From: an uncultured delta proteobacterium
Lineage (GTDB): Bacteria; Desulfobacterota; Syntrophia; Syntrophales; Smithellaceae
Direction: 5' to 3'
Assembly (NCBI GenBank): GCA_963710575.1
Contig: CAVQAL010000010.1
Span: 71,533 to 135,532, forward strand
Length of the DNA stretch: 64,000 nucleotides
Part shown: positions 54,990 through 64,000 of the stretch, in pieces
Layout: each line of letters starts with the position of its first letter
Numbering within the stretch: the stretch's first letter is position 1
Notes under the pieces: model-generated
Databases searched by the model: none
The model's input: only the letters and a program-made list of their open reading frames with translations
Told to the model about the DNA's origin: nothing
Made by a program: the position numbers and the translations under genes

Positions 54990-55514
54990 ATGAAAGAAAG
55001 CAAAAAACTCAACATAGGTTGTGGCAGAGATGTAAAAATTGGGTATGTTAATCTGGATTCTGTAAAGCTGTCCGGTGTAGATTTTGTACACAATCTCAAC
55101 GAATATCCTTGGCCTTTCAAGGATAATTCTTTTGAAGAAATCTATTGCGACAATATCTTAGAGCACCTTGACAGTATAATAGATCCCATGGAAGAGATTT
55201 TTAGAATCTTAAAAAATGAGGGTAGGGTTATAATAAAAGTGCCTATATATCCTAGTATCTGGGCAATGGCAGATCCGACACATAAACGTTTTTTTACGTA
55301 CATGACTTTCAATTATTTCAGGCCTGAAGACTGCTTTAACTATTATACCAAGGCACGATTCAAGATAATTAAAAGAAAGATTGTATTTAAATACTATTCT
55401 CCATTAACATGGTTAATCAACGTCTCAGAACTGACACAAAAAATATATTACGTATTCTTTTCTTTTTTGATTCCTGCGTATTCACTTCATTTTGAATTGA
55501 AAGCTGTGAAATAA
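54990..55514 (+). CDS. Class I SAM-dependent methyltransferase
   Basis: The start is moved to MKESKKLNIGCGRDVKIGYVNLD (motif I). It is followed by FEEIYCDNILEHL. Confidence 0.7.
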   Translation: MKESKKLNIGCGRDVKIGYVNLDSVKLSGVDFVHNLNEYPWPFKDNSFEEIYCDNILEHLDSIIDPMEEIFRILKNEGRVIIKVPIYPSIWAMADPTHKRFFTYMTFNYFRPEDCFNYYTKARFKIIKRKIVFKYYSPLTWLINVSELTQKIYYVFFSFLIPAYSLHFELKAVK

Positions 55515-55656
55515 AAACAATCCATTACAGTATCGGTAAAGAATCTAATATAATATCTAAAATTATCTGGTAGTTGTCGAAAAGTCAGCAATGAATAATT
55601 ATAATTGTTATTTTCAAAAAATTTTATAAAGCTAATCTCTCAAACAAATAAAAACT

Positions 55657-56694
55657 ATGTCTAAATATATTAGTAAATTTATATCGATTTGTATTCCAAG
55701 TTATAATCGGCCTCACACATTAGAAGTGCTACTGCATAGTATTGATGAAAATTGTAGTCAATATATTGAAATTGTTATTTGCGAGGATTGCAGTCCCAAG
55801 AGAGAACAAATACGAGAGGTCGTTAAGACTTTCAAAGAACAACATATGTTTGATATTAAATACATAGAAAATGAATATAATTACGGATATGATGTAAATT
55901 TAAGAAATCTAATAAAACATGCAGATGGCGAATACATAATATTTATGGGTGATGATGATGTATTCGTAAAATACAATCTCATTCAATTCATAAAATTTCT
56001 TCAATATAATAAACATTTAGGATATGTTTTAAAAACATGGCAGCTTCTTTATCCAAATGGTGAAATTGAATATTTTAATTATTTCAAAAATAGTTGTTTT
56101 TTCGAACCAGGTATAAACTCATATGTGGCACTTTACAGGATAAGCGTATTTGTTTCAGGATTTACTTTTAAGAGAGAGTATGCAATTCCTTATCTTAATA
56201 TAGATGAGTTTGATGGTACGCTTCTATATCAAATGTATCTATTAGCGGAAATTACATTAAAATACCCATCGGCATTTTTTTCAGTTCCATTAACGCAACA
56301 AAGTTACCAAAAATTAGATGTTCCTCATTTTGGCTCTTCAAAAACTGAAAAGAATTTGTATACGCCAGGTGAAATTACAATTTCGAACTCCATAAATTTC
56401 ATGAAAGGTCATTTTAAAATACTTAAATATGTAGATGAGAAATATTTAATCAATGCATCAGACAGTATACGTAGAGATTATTCAAAATACTCTTATAGAA
56501 TATTGGCAATACAACGGAAAAGAGGTGTCATAGAATTCCTCAAATATCATAAACGACTTGCAAGAGAAGTAAAGATTAATAGCACCATACATTATTATAT
56601 TTATTTGATTGTTTTGATAATATTAGGCGATAAATTAAGTGATAAAATAATAATTCTCCTAAAAAAAGTGATAGGCAAAACGCCAAGTCAGTGA
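55657..56694 (+). CDS. Glycosyltransferase family 2
   Basis: The segment ISICIPSYNRPHTLEVLLHSI and the DxD-like FMGDDDVF are present. The gene is very AT-rich by spot count. Confidence 0.85.
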   Translation: MSKYISKFISICIPSYNRPHTLEVLLHSIDENCSQYIEIVICEDCSPKREQIREVVKTFKEQHMFDIKYIENEYNYGYDVNLRNLIKHADGEYIIFMGDDDVFVKYNLIQFIKFLQYNKHLGYVLKTWQLLYPNGEIEYFNYFKNSCFFEPGINSYVALYRISVFVSGFTFKREYAIPYLNIDEFDGTLLYQMYLLAEITLKYPSAFFSVPLTQQSYQKLDVPHFGSSKTEKNLYTPGEITISNSINFMKGHFKILKYVDEKYLINASDSIRRDYSKYSYRILAIQRKRGVIEFLKYHKRLAREVKINSTIHYYIYLIVLIILGDKLSDKIIILLKKVIGKTPSQ

Positions 56695-56697
56695 TTT

Positions 56698-57882
56698 ATG
56701 ATCCATAAGGTTATAAAAAGAGTCGCTATAGTCCATAACGCATACGGAAAAGTAAGCGGAGAAGAGATCGTCATTGACAATCTGGCTGCCCTGCTGGAGA
56801 AACAAGGGGTAACTGTCCTGCGGTTTAGCCGGTCCAGCGCGGAAATCGAAGATGAAAGGCTGGGGAAAATCCCGGCCTTTTTTTCTGGAATTCATAATCC
56901 TTTTTCAAAAAAAGCATTCGGTCGCTTCCTGAGAGAGACACGTCCGGACGTCGTCCACATCCATAACCTGTATCCTTTGATTTCTCCTTCTATCCTGCCG
57001 GAGTGCACGGCTCAGGGCATCCCTGTCGTGATGACAGTTCACAACTTCCGGCTGGTCTGTCCGAATGGATTGCTTTTAAGTCATGGCGAGGTATGCCATC
57101 GCTGTCTGGGCGGGAGGGAATACTGGTGCGTTCTGCACAATTGTGAAAATGATATTTTTAAAAGTACTGGCTACGCGCTTAGAACCGCAGTTGCCCGCAT
57201 TCTGCGCCGATATTATGACCATGTAAATCATTTTATATGTCTGAATGAGTTTCAAAGAGATTTGCTCATTGAGGAAGGTCTTCCTGCCGATCGCGTGACG
57301 GTTTTGGCTAATCCCATGTCATTTATAAGCGAAACAATTAGCACTAAGGAAAACAATGGTTATGTCGCTTATGTCGGACGTATCAGCCCGGAAAAAGATG
57401 TTCCGACTCTTATTGAGGCCGCACGTCGGCTTGGTGATTTGCAATTTAAGTTTGCCGGTGATTATCATCGTCTGCCGGACGTGATAAAACAAAAACCAGA
57501 TAACTGTGAGTTTTTAGGGCAACTGAATGCTGAAGATATTGTTCAGTTCTATCATCATGCCCGAATGGTGGTTTTTGCCACACGCTGTTATGAGGGCTTT
57601 CCTACGGTTCTTTTGGAGGCGATGTCTTACGGTTTGCCGGTTGTTTGCTCACGCATCGGTGGTTTGCCGGAGATTGTCGATGATGGGATAACTGGACTGT
57701 TGTATGAACCGGGCAACGTTGATGAATTGGCTGATCGTATCCGAACGCTTTGGCAGAATCCTGCGCTGTGCCAAAAGCTTGGTGAGGCTGGGCGGCGGAA
57801 GGTGCAGAAAGACTACGCGGCGGAGCGCTTGATGGATCGCCTTTTGGGGATTTATGAAAAAGTCATTGCTGAAGTCAGATGA
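56698..57882 (+). CDS. Glycosyltransferase family 4 (with Cys-rich insert)
   Basis: The motif is EGFPTVLLEAMSYGLPVVCSRIGGLPEIVDDGITGLL. Five Cys residues lie between residues 121 and 149 (VCPNGLLLSHGEVCHRCLGGREYWCVLHNC). Confidence 0.88.
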   Translation: MIHKVIKRVAIVHNAYGKVSGEEIVIDNLAALLEKQGVTVLRFSRSSAEIEDERLGKIPAFFSGIHNPFSKKAFGRFLRETRPDVVHIHNLYPLISPSILPECTAQGIPVVMTVHNFRLVCPNGLLLSHGEVCHRCLGGREYWCVLHNCENDIFKSTGYALRTAVARILRRYYDHVNHFICLNEFQRDLLIEEGLPADRVTVLANPMSFISETISTKENNGYVAYVGRISPEKDVPTLIEAARRLGDLQFKFAGDYHRLPDVIKQKPDNCEFLGQLNAEDIVQFYHHARMVVFATRCYEGFPTVLLEAMSYGLPVVCSRIGGLPEIVDDGITGLLYEPGNVDELADRIRTLWQNPALCQKLGEAGRRKVQKDYAAERLMDRLLGIYEKVIAEVR

Positions 57883-57904
57883 CAGAGGCGAGAATGAACC
57901 TATT

Positions 57905-58859
57905 ATGAATAACACTTCTTTTCTTAGATTTATTGCAATTGTATTGATTGCTAATTCACATCTTCATAGTTTGTATCCCATTCCTGAACTTGCCACAGGT
58001 GGCGCTATCGGCAATGCGCTCTTTTTTCATGTTATCTGGTTATGGAATGTTTCTTAGTGAAAATCATCAGAGCAGAACTTTTCTGCCTTGGTATAAACGG
58101 CGAATTGTCAGGATTTATCCTACTCTCATACTGGCGACACTTTTTCTGATTATTATTCCTCAGGCCGTTTGGCATCAATGGAATGTATCAGACTACATCC
58201 GGATGCTTGTCTGGCCAACAAATTATTGGTTTATTTCCGCGCTGATGATTTTCTATGTAATTTTCTTTCTGATTTTAAAAATGAAAAATTATAAATATTT
58301 TCTAACAGGTATTTTTATCCTTATAATTCCTTATTTGTTTTTTTACATAACAAGGGTTGACCTTTCCCGATATTCGATTGAAGGCCCTGGCTATTTCAAA
58401 TGGATATTCTATCTTCAAACCATGTTTTTTGGCGGCTATATGGCAGGCAGGGCAAAGTTTGCCAAAACTAGTTTTATCAAAGACGGCTTGGCCCTTATTT
58501 TTGTTATCGGGCTTTATTACGGCATTTTAATTCTGATGAGTAAAGGTTGCGGCTGGCCATTTCAAGCAGTGACACATTTACTGATGTTCCCAATATTGTT
58601 TTTGTTTCTTAAAGTTTCTGAATCAGGTGTAATAACATCTCTGATGACTACGAGATATGCCGGTACGGCGATATCTCTGATGGCCGCACTGACTCTTGAG
58701 ATTTATCTGCTTCATGGCGCTGTGTACAGTCATCCAATTATACAGAACCTTCTATTTCCATTAAATATCGTAATCTTTTGGCTAGTCGTTATTTTTTTAT
58801 CATTCGTGCTGAATCGCATATCCCGTTTTATAATCCGGAGATTAATTAATGCAGACTGA
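57905..58859 (+). pseudogene. Acyltransferase-3 family membrane protein, frameshifted in a T6 run
   Basis: MNNTSFLRFIAIVLIANSHL...GGAIGNALFF continues as MLSGYGMFLSE... only if the T6 run at 58022-58027 is read as T5. The remaining ~280 codons are intact. Confidence 0.7.
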
Positions 58860-59624
58860 GAATATACTGGACTATTCAATTGTGGCCGCTTCACCTGATG
58901 TGTGCATAGCTGAACTCTTCTTTTGCATAATTAAAAAGGAAACGAAATGCGAAGACAGAAATCCCTTTCTGGCTTGCCTGCTTTAATCCGCACTCTTACG
59001 CGATGACACTGAAGGATGAAATGTTTTCCCGTGCGCTGAAAGCCGCTGACTGGCTGGTGCCGGATGGTGCGGGCGTGGTGCTGGCATCGCGCCTTTTAGG
59101 CGGCGCGATACAGGACAGGGTTACAGGCTCGGATGTGTTTGCTGAGTTTGCACAAGCGGTTGAATGCCGCCGGCGGTATGAGTGTTTTCTTTCTTGGCGC
59201 AACAGAAGAAACTCTTGCGCTAATCAGACAAAGAATGGCGCGTGATTATCCGAATATCAAGGTTGCCGGTACGTATTCGCCTCCGTTCAAGGAGGTCTAT
59301 TCTTCCGCTGAACTCGATGAGATGATTAAAGCTGTTAATACTGCAGTTCCTGATGTTTTGTGGGTGGGGATGTCCGCCCCCAAGCAGGAAAAATGGATTT
59401 ATTTAAATAAGGATAAAATGAAAGTGAAATTTATCGGCGCGGTCGGCGCGGTTTTTGATTTTTACTCGGGGAATATCAGGCGTGACAAAGATTCATGGTT
59501 TGTCAATCACCATTTGGAATGGCTGCCAAGGCTTATTCAGGAACCCCGAAGGCTTTGGCAAAGGATGTTTGTGTCCGCACCTGTGTTTGTTTGGCATGTA
59601 GTGAGACAAAGATTTAAGGGGTAA
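58849..59624 (+). pseudogene. WecB/TagA/CpsF (GT26) glycosyltransferase with at least two frameshifts
   Basis: Three frames are needed. The first gives MQTENILDYSIVAAS...NPFLACL (stop at 58984). The second gives FNPHSYAMTLKDEMFSRALKAADWLVPDGAGVVLASRLLGGAIQDRVTGSDVFAEFAQ. The third gives LNAAGGMSVFFLGATEE...MSAPKQEKWI...HHLEWLPRLIQEPRRLWQR. Confidence 0.7.
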
Positions 59625-59738
59625 GGATTACGAAAAAACAGTTTTAGTTTTTATGTGTTAGGTGTTAAATATAAATTGTTTTAAGTGTTACAAAAAACTC
59701 AACGCTTCAAACCTTCCATGTTTTAGGAACATAATAGT

Positions 59739-61331
59739 ATGATTACTAGTTTCTCTACTTTCATCCTCGCGTTTGTCCTTGCGCTAGTGCTTACGCCCTT
59801 GGCGCGATGGCTGGGAAATCGTTTTGGCGCTGTTGATGAACCTACGGCACGTAATGTTCATATAAAGCCAATCGCCCGCAGCGGCGGGCTGGCTATATTG
59901 TTTTCGTTTGTTCTGGCGTTGATTGCGTCGTCCCTAAGCCCTACTGCCGGCCCCTCTTATCATATGTTTATTCGTTCACAAATATCTTTCTCTTTATTGG
60001 GCGGACTTGTGATTTTCTGCGTTGGATTTTTTGATGATTTCCACCGGCTCAAACCAGGGATCAAGTTTCTCGGCCAGATATTAGCCGCATCGCTGGCTTA
60101 TTACGGAGGATTGCAGATAGAGGTTATCGCGTTCGGCGCGACTGCTATCCATTTAGGCATTCTCAGTTATTTTATTACTGTCTTCTGGTTTCTCCTGCTG
60201 ATTAACGCGATAAATCTAATTGACGGTCTGGATGGCCTGGCCGCCGGTGTCGCTTTTTTCGCGTGTTTTGTTATGGCTATCCTGGCAACTTTTTCGCAAC
60301 CTGATTATATGATCGCAATAGAATTTGCCGCCATAGCCGGCGCGCTTCTGGGATTCCTCCGCTATAATTTCAATCCGGCAAGTATATTTATGGGTGATGG
60401 CGGAAGCTATTTTGTCGGCTATATCATTGCCGCTTTATCTGTGCTGGGTTCGATCAAGAGCCAGTTGGGCACGGCGCTGCTTATTCCCCTGCTGGCGCTT
60501 GGGGTGCCGATCTTCGATACGCTTCTATCGCCGATTCGCCGCTGGGTAATCGGGCGCAGAATGTTCAATCCCGATAAAGGGCATATTCATCATCGTTTGC
60601 TGGAGAAAGGGATTTCTTCAAGGCAAGCTGTTTTGATTATTTATGGCATTTCCTTTATGTTATGCGTCGCGGGAATTATTCTCGCCCATCTTCGCAACAC
60701 GCTGGCAGGCGTGCTTCTAATAGTTCTGATTGCAGCGTTTTTTATCGTCGTCCGAAAATTGGTTTATCTGGAATATCTGGCGATAGACAAGTTTTTCGGC
60801 TGGTTCAGGGATTTATCGTACGAGGCCGGTTTTACCCATGGCAGGCGAAGTTTTTTGAATATCCAGATAGAAATCGAACGTGCGCAGAATATGGAAGCAA
60901 TCTGGGAGAATATGTGCCAGGCTATGGAGATAATGCATTTCGACAGAGGAGAAATGTACTTCTACTGCACGGATGAAGCTCAGGCAGGATCTGTGTATTT
61001 CGGGAAGCCCGCTGAGGGAATGGCAAAGCTTTGCGAGCCGACGGGGCAAATCATCAAAGAAAATAATGTTGGGACGAAAAGTGAGGATATCTATAGGAAG
61101 TTTTCCCGTGTATGGACGCGTGACGAGAACCTGAGGTGGGAGGATGTTTCGGATAAAGGGATTTTTCGTATCGAGATTCCACTGGTCGCTGGAACTTTAA
61201 GCGTGGGCAGGCTTGTTTTGATGAAGGATTTGACACTGGACCCCATGCAACCTTATACTCTGCGACGGGTGGAATATCTGCGCCGCTCCATAACAGAGGC
61301 GTTGAAGACAGTTTTAAATGTTAAGTGCTAG
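59739..61331 (+). CDS. Polyprenyl-phosphate HexNAc-1-phosphate transferase (WecA/MraY family) with ~170-aa C-terminal extension
   Basis: The motifs FFDDFHRL, NAINLIDGLDGLAAG and FMGDGGSYFVG lie within ~11 TM helices. Residues ~360-530 are soluble and have no obvious family. Confidence 0.85.
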   Translation: MITSFSTFILAFVLALVLTPLARWLGNRFGAVDEPTARNVHIKPIARSGGLAILFSFVLALIASSLSPTAGPSYHMFIRSQISFSLLGGLVIFCVGFFDDFHRLKPGIKFLGQILAASLAYYGGLQIEVIAFGATAIHLGILSYFITVFWFLLLINAINLIDGLDGLAAGVAFFACFVMAILATFSQPDYMIAIEFAAIAGALLGFLRYNFNPASIFMGDGGSYFVGYIIAALSVLGSIKSQLGTALLIPLLALGVPIFDTLLSPIRRWVIGRRMFNPDKGHIHHRLLEKGISSRQAVLIIYGISFMLCVAGIILAHLRNTLAGVLLIVLIAAFFIVVRKLVYLEYLAIDKFFGWFRDLSYEAGFTHGRRSFLNIQIEIERAQNMEAIWENMCQAMEIMHFDRGEMYFYCTDEAQAGSVYFGKPAEGMAKLCEPTGQIIKENNVGTKSEDIYRKFSRVWTRDENLRWEDVSDKGIFRIEIPLVAGTLSVGRLVLMKDLTLDPMQPYTLRRVEYLRRSITEALKTVLNVKC

Positions 61332-61497
61332 GTGCTAGGTGTTACATAAAGCTTTTTATCCATCGCTATCTTCACAATATTACATCCGTGCGTATACTCG
61401 AAATGTACGTTTTAAAAAGGTTTTGGATAAATTAGATCAAAAATAAAGAAACTTAATGATTTAAAATTGTTAAGCCATTATTTCGATAGCGCTCAGC

Positions 61498-63093
61498 TTA
61501 TAGATCCTCTACTTGTTTTTTAATCTTAATTCTTTTTTCCTTAATCATAGCCGCTTTATTGCCCTCCAGCCATGTCTTCCAGGCTTCTTCTCTTTTTATG
61601 GAAATCAACATCTTTGTGTACGTGTCTTTTTTTGCTTCAAAATCTTTATCGTCCAGTTTGCTCACATCCTTAAGCTTTAATATTACATAAGCATTATTGA
61701 TTAAAAGCGGCTTTTCCGCATATGGTTTATTGGGTGAGAGTTGAAAAAGAACTTCAGCCGCATCCTGATTAGAGCCCAATTTGGGAATAGCATCCCCCGG
61801 CTGGAAAAATCCTGTTTCGTTAACTTTCAAACCGTATTTCCCGGCAATTTTATCGAAAGTGTCTCCTGATTTTATACTATCTAAAATTGACTGAGCTTCT
61901 TTTTCGGCAAGGATCTGCATTTCGCTTTCTATAAAGCGGTGTCTGACTTCATTTTCTATGGTGTCCAGTTTCGGCAGGTAAGCTGGTTTCTTGTCGATAA
62001 CTTTCAAAAGATAATAGCCATTTTCGGCAGCCAGGACTTTACTGATCTCGCCTTTCTGCAATTCCAAAAGCATCGCGGTAAAGTTTTTAATGGATGTAAA
62101 TTCCTGCGGCGGTTTATTAATCGGGAAAAATTCCACATCCTGAATTTTTAAATTATTTTTATTGCCATAGGCTTCAAATTTATCTTCTTGATAAATAATA
62201 TCATGGGCTTTTTTCGCTTCTACATAAGCGTTTTGCAGTCCCCTTGTTTTCTTTAATTCTTTAACGATGGCGCCCTTTGCATCGTCCAGGGATAATTGTT
62301 TGCCGTCTTTCGTCTTATATTTATCTTTATAGCTGCTGTAATAGCCCCTGATATCGGAATCACTGATATCCGAGGGAAAAGAATCGCCTGCAAAAAATAT
62401 ATATTTAATTTTTGTCTGTTCAGCGACACTAAATAAATTACTGTTACGCTTCAGATAGTCTTCCAATTCGGTCTGGGTCGGAGTAATTTCCTTTTTGATA
62501 TCTTTACCTGAAATTTGCAAAAAATTAACGTTAATTTTTTGGTTCTGTAAAGCGTACAAATCGTAGATTTCCTGACTGGAAATTTTAATGCCTTCACGCA
62601 CAATCGTTTCAATTTTATTGGCAGTCAGCTCGGATTTTTGGAGAGCTTCAAAATCTTCGGCGGAGAGTTGATTATAGCGAAGCATTTGCTGGTACTTGCG
62701 TTCATCAAATACACCGTTTGTTTGCAATGCCGGAACCGACATGAGTATATTGCTTAATTCCTCATCCGAAACCTGAATCTTTAAATCCGCAGCTTTGGCA
62801 ATGATAATCTGCCGGTTCAGCAAATCATTATACGCTTGTCGTTTGAGATCCATTTTTTTGAGTATTTCGGGGGTAAACTTATTGCCAAGGCGAAGCTGAG
62901 CGTTATCCAGCAATCTTCCATATTCGTTATGAAATTCGGCTTCGCTGATTATTCTTCTATCAACGATGGCAATTGCATTTGCGGTGCGACTGCCTCTGCT
63001 GGAACCGAAGTAAAGAACAAAGACAACAATGATGATGCCTATAATTGCAATCATGAACCAGCCGCGCGCATGTTTACGAAAAAATCTCAGCAT
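61498..63093 (-). CDS. ppiD: Periplasmic chaperone / peptidyl-prolyl isomerase PpiD-like
   Basis: The N-terminal TM anchor is GWFMIAIIGIIIVVFVLYF. A SurA-N-like chaperone region follows, and the central/C-terminal parvulin-like segment shows FFQPGDAIPKLG. Confidence 0.75.
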   Translation of the reverse strand: MLRFFRKHARGWFMIAIIGIIIVVFVLYFGSSRGSRTANAIAIVDRRIISEAEFHNEYGRLLDNAQLRLGNKFTPEILKKMDLKRQAYNDLLNRQIIIAKAADLKIQVSDEELSNILMSVPALQTNGVFDERKYQQMLRYNQLSAEDFEALQKSELTANKIETIVREGIKISSQEIYDLYALQNQKINVNFLQISGKDIKKEITPTQTELEDYLKRNSNLFSVAEQTKIKYIFFAGDSFPSDISDSDIRGYYSSYKDKYKTKDGKQLSLDDAKGAIVKELKKTRGLQNAYVEAKKAHDIIYQEDKFEAYGNKNNLKIQDVEFFPINKPPQEFTSIKNFTAMLLELQKGEISKVLAAENGYYLLKVIDKKPAYLPKLDTIENEVRHRFIESEMQILAEKEAQSILDSIKSGDTFDKIAGKYGLKVNETGFFQPGDAIPKLGSNQDAAEVLFQLSPNKPYAEKPLLINNAYVILKLKDVSKLDDKDFEAKKDTYTKMLISIKREEAWKTWLEGNKAAMIKEKRIKIKKQVEDL

Positions 63094-63279
63094 AAAGTCA
63101 CCTCGAAAGAATAATGAATTTGTCCAACAGTAAATGAAACTTTTGCTTTATTATTATAGTCATTTGTAAAATGCAAACATAATTTAAAAAGGCGTTGATT
63201 AGGATAATGAAATACGGTATAGAAAATGACTCGTAGAGGGGAAGTCATTATCTTAATTTGTGAAAAAACGGGAGGATAA

Positions 63280-64000
<721 letters not shown>

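Overview
This is a 64-kb chromosomal window from a Gram-negative bacterium. The gene content (DapL-type lysine pathway, homospermidine synthase, a PEP-CTERM protein, many radical SAM enzymes, canonical TTGACA/TATAAT and sigma54-type promoters) suggests a Desulfobacterota-like anaerobe, but taxonomy cannot be assigned from the sequence alone. Layout: (1) 1-9.0 kb holds a T2SS / MSHA-pilus-like assembly operon (L/M/N/C-like genes, ExeA/MshM-like ATPase, TPR protein, secretin, GspE-type ATPase). (2) 9.2-22.8 kb holds housekeeping genes: dapF, dapL-like aminotransferase, ychF, a membrane metallophosphoesterase, tRNA-Thr, a Sel1-repeat protein, an ornithine decarboxylase + homospermidine synthase operon, glmM, tRNA-Leu and tRNA-Ala. 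(3) 23.2-26.5 kb holds an RHH-PilZ fusion regulator, a PEP-CTERM protein behind a sigma54-type promoter, and a Wzi-like outer-membrane protein. (4) 26.8-39.2 kb is the most interesting part, a RiPP-type cluster. It has three paralogous radical SAM/SPASM enzymes (one fused to an HprK-like kinase domain), a HemN-like radical SAM, PqqD, a methyltransferase, a SipW-like peptidase, an ABC exporter and a PF14907-like nucleotidyltransferase. They surround an unannotated 58-codon precursor gene with a PqqA-like MWTKP leader and a Cys/Thr/Gly/Asn-rich core ending in Ser. (5) 39.8-61.3 kb is a Wzx/Wzy-type exopolysaccharide locus (Wza, Wzc, PHP phosphatase, wecB, flippase, polymerase, many GTs, methyl- and acyltransferases, WecA-like initiating enzyme) with several frameshifted or truncated genes. 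(6) The window ends with ppiD-like and mreB (3' partial). Many intergenic gaps carry modular hairpin repeats (several families, nested and shuffled), and three promoters share a common upstream module. No CRISPR array, rRNA, transposase or integrase was seen.
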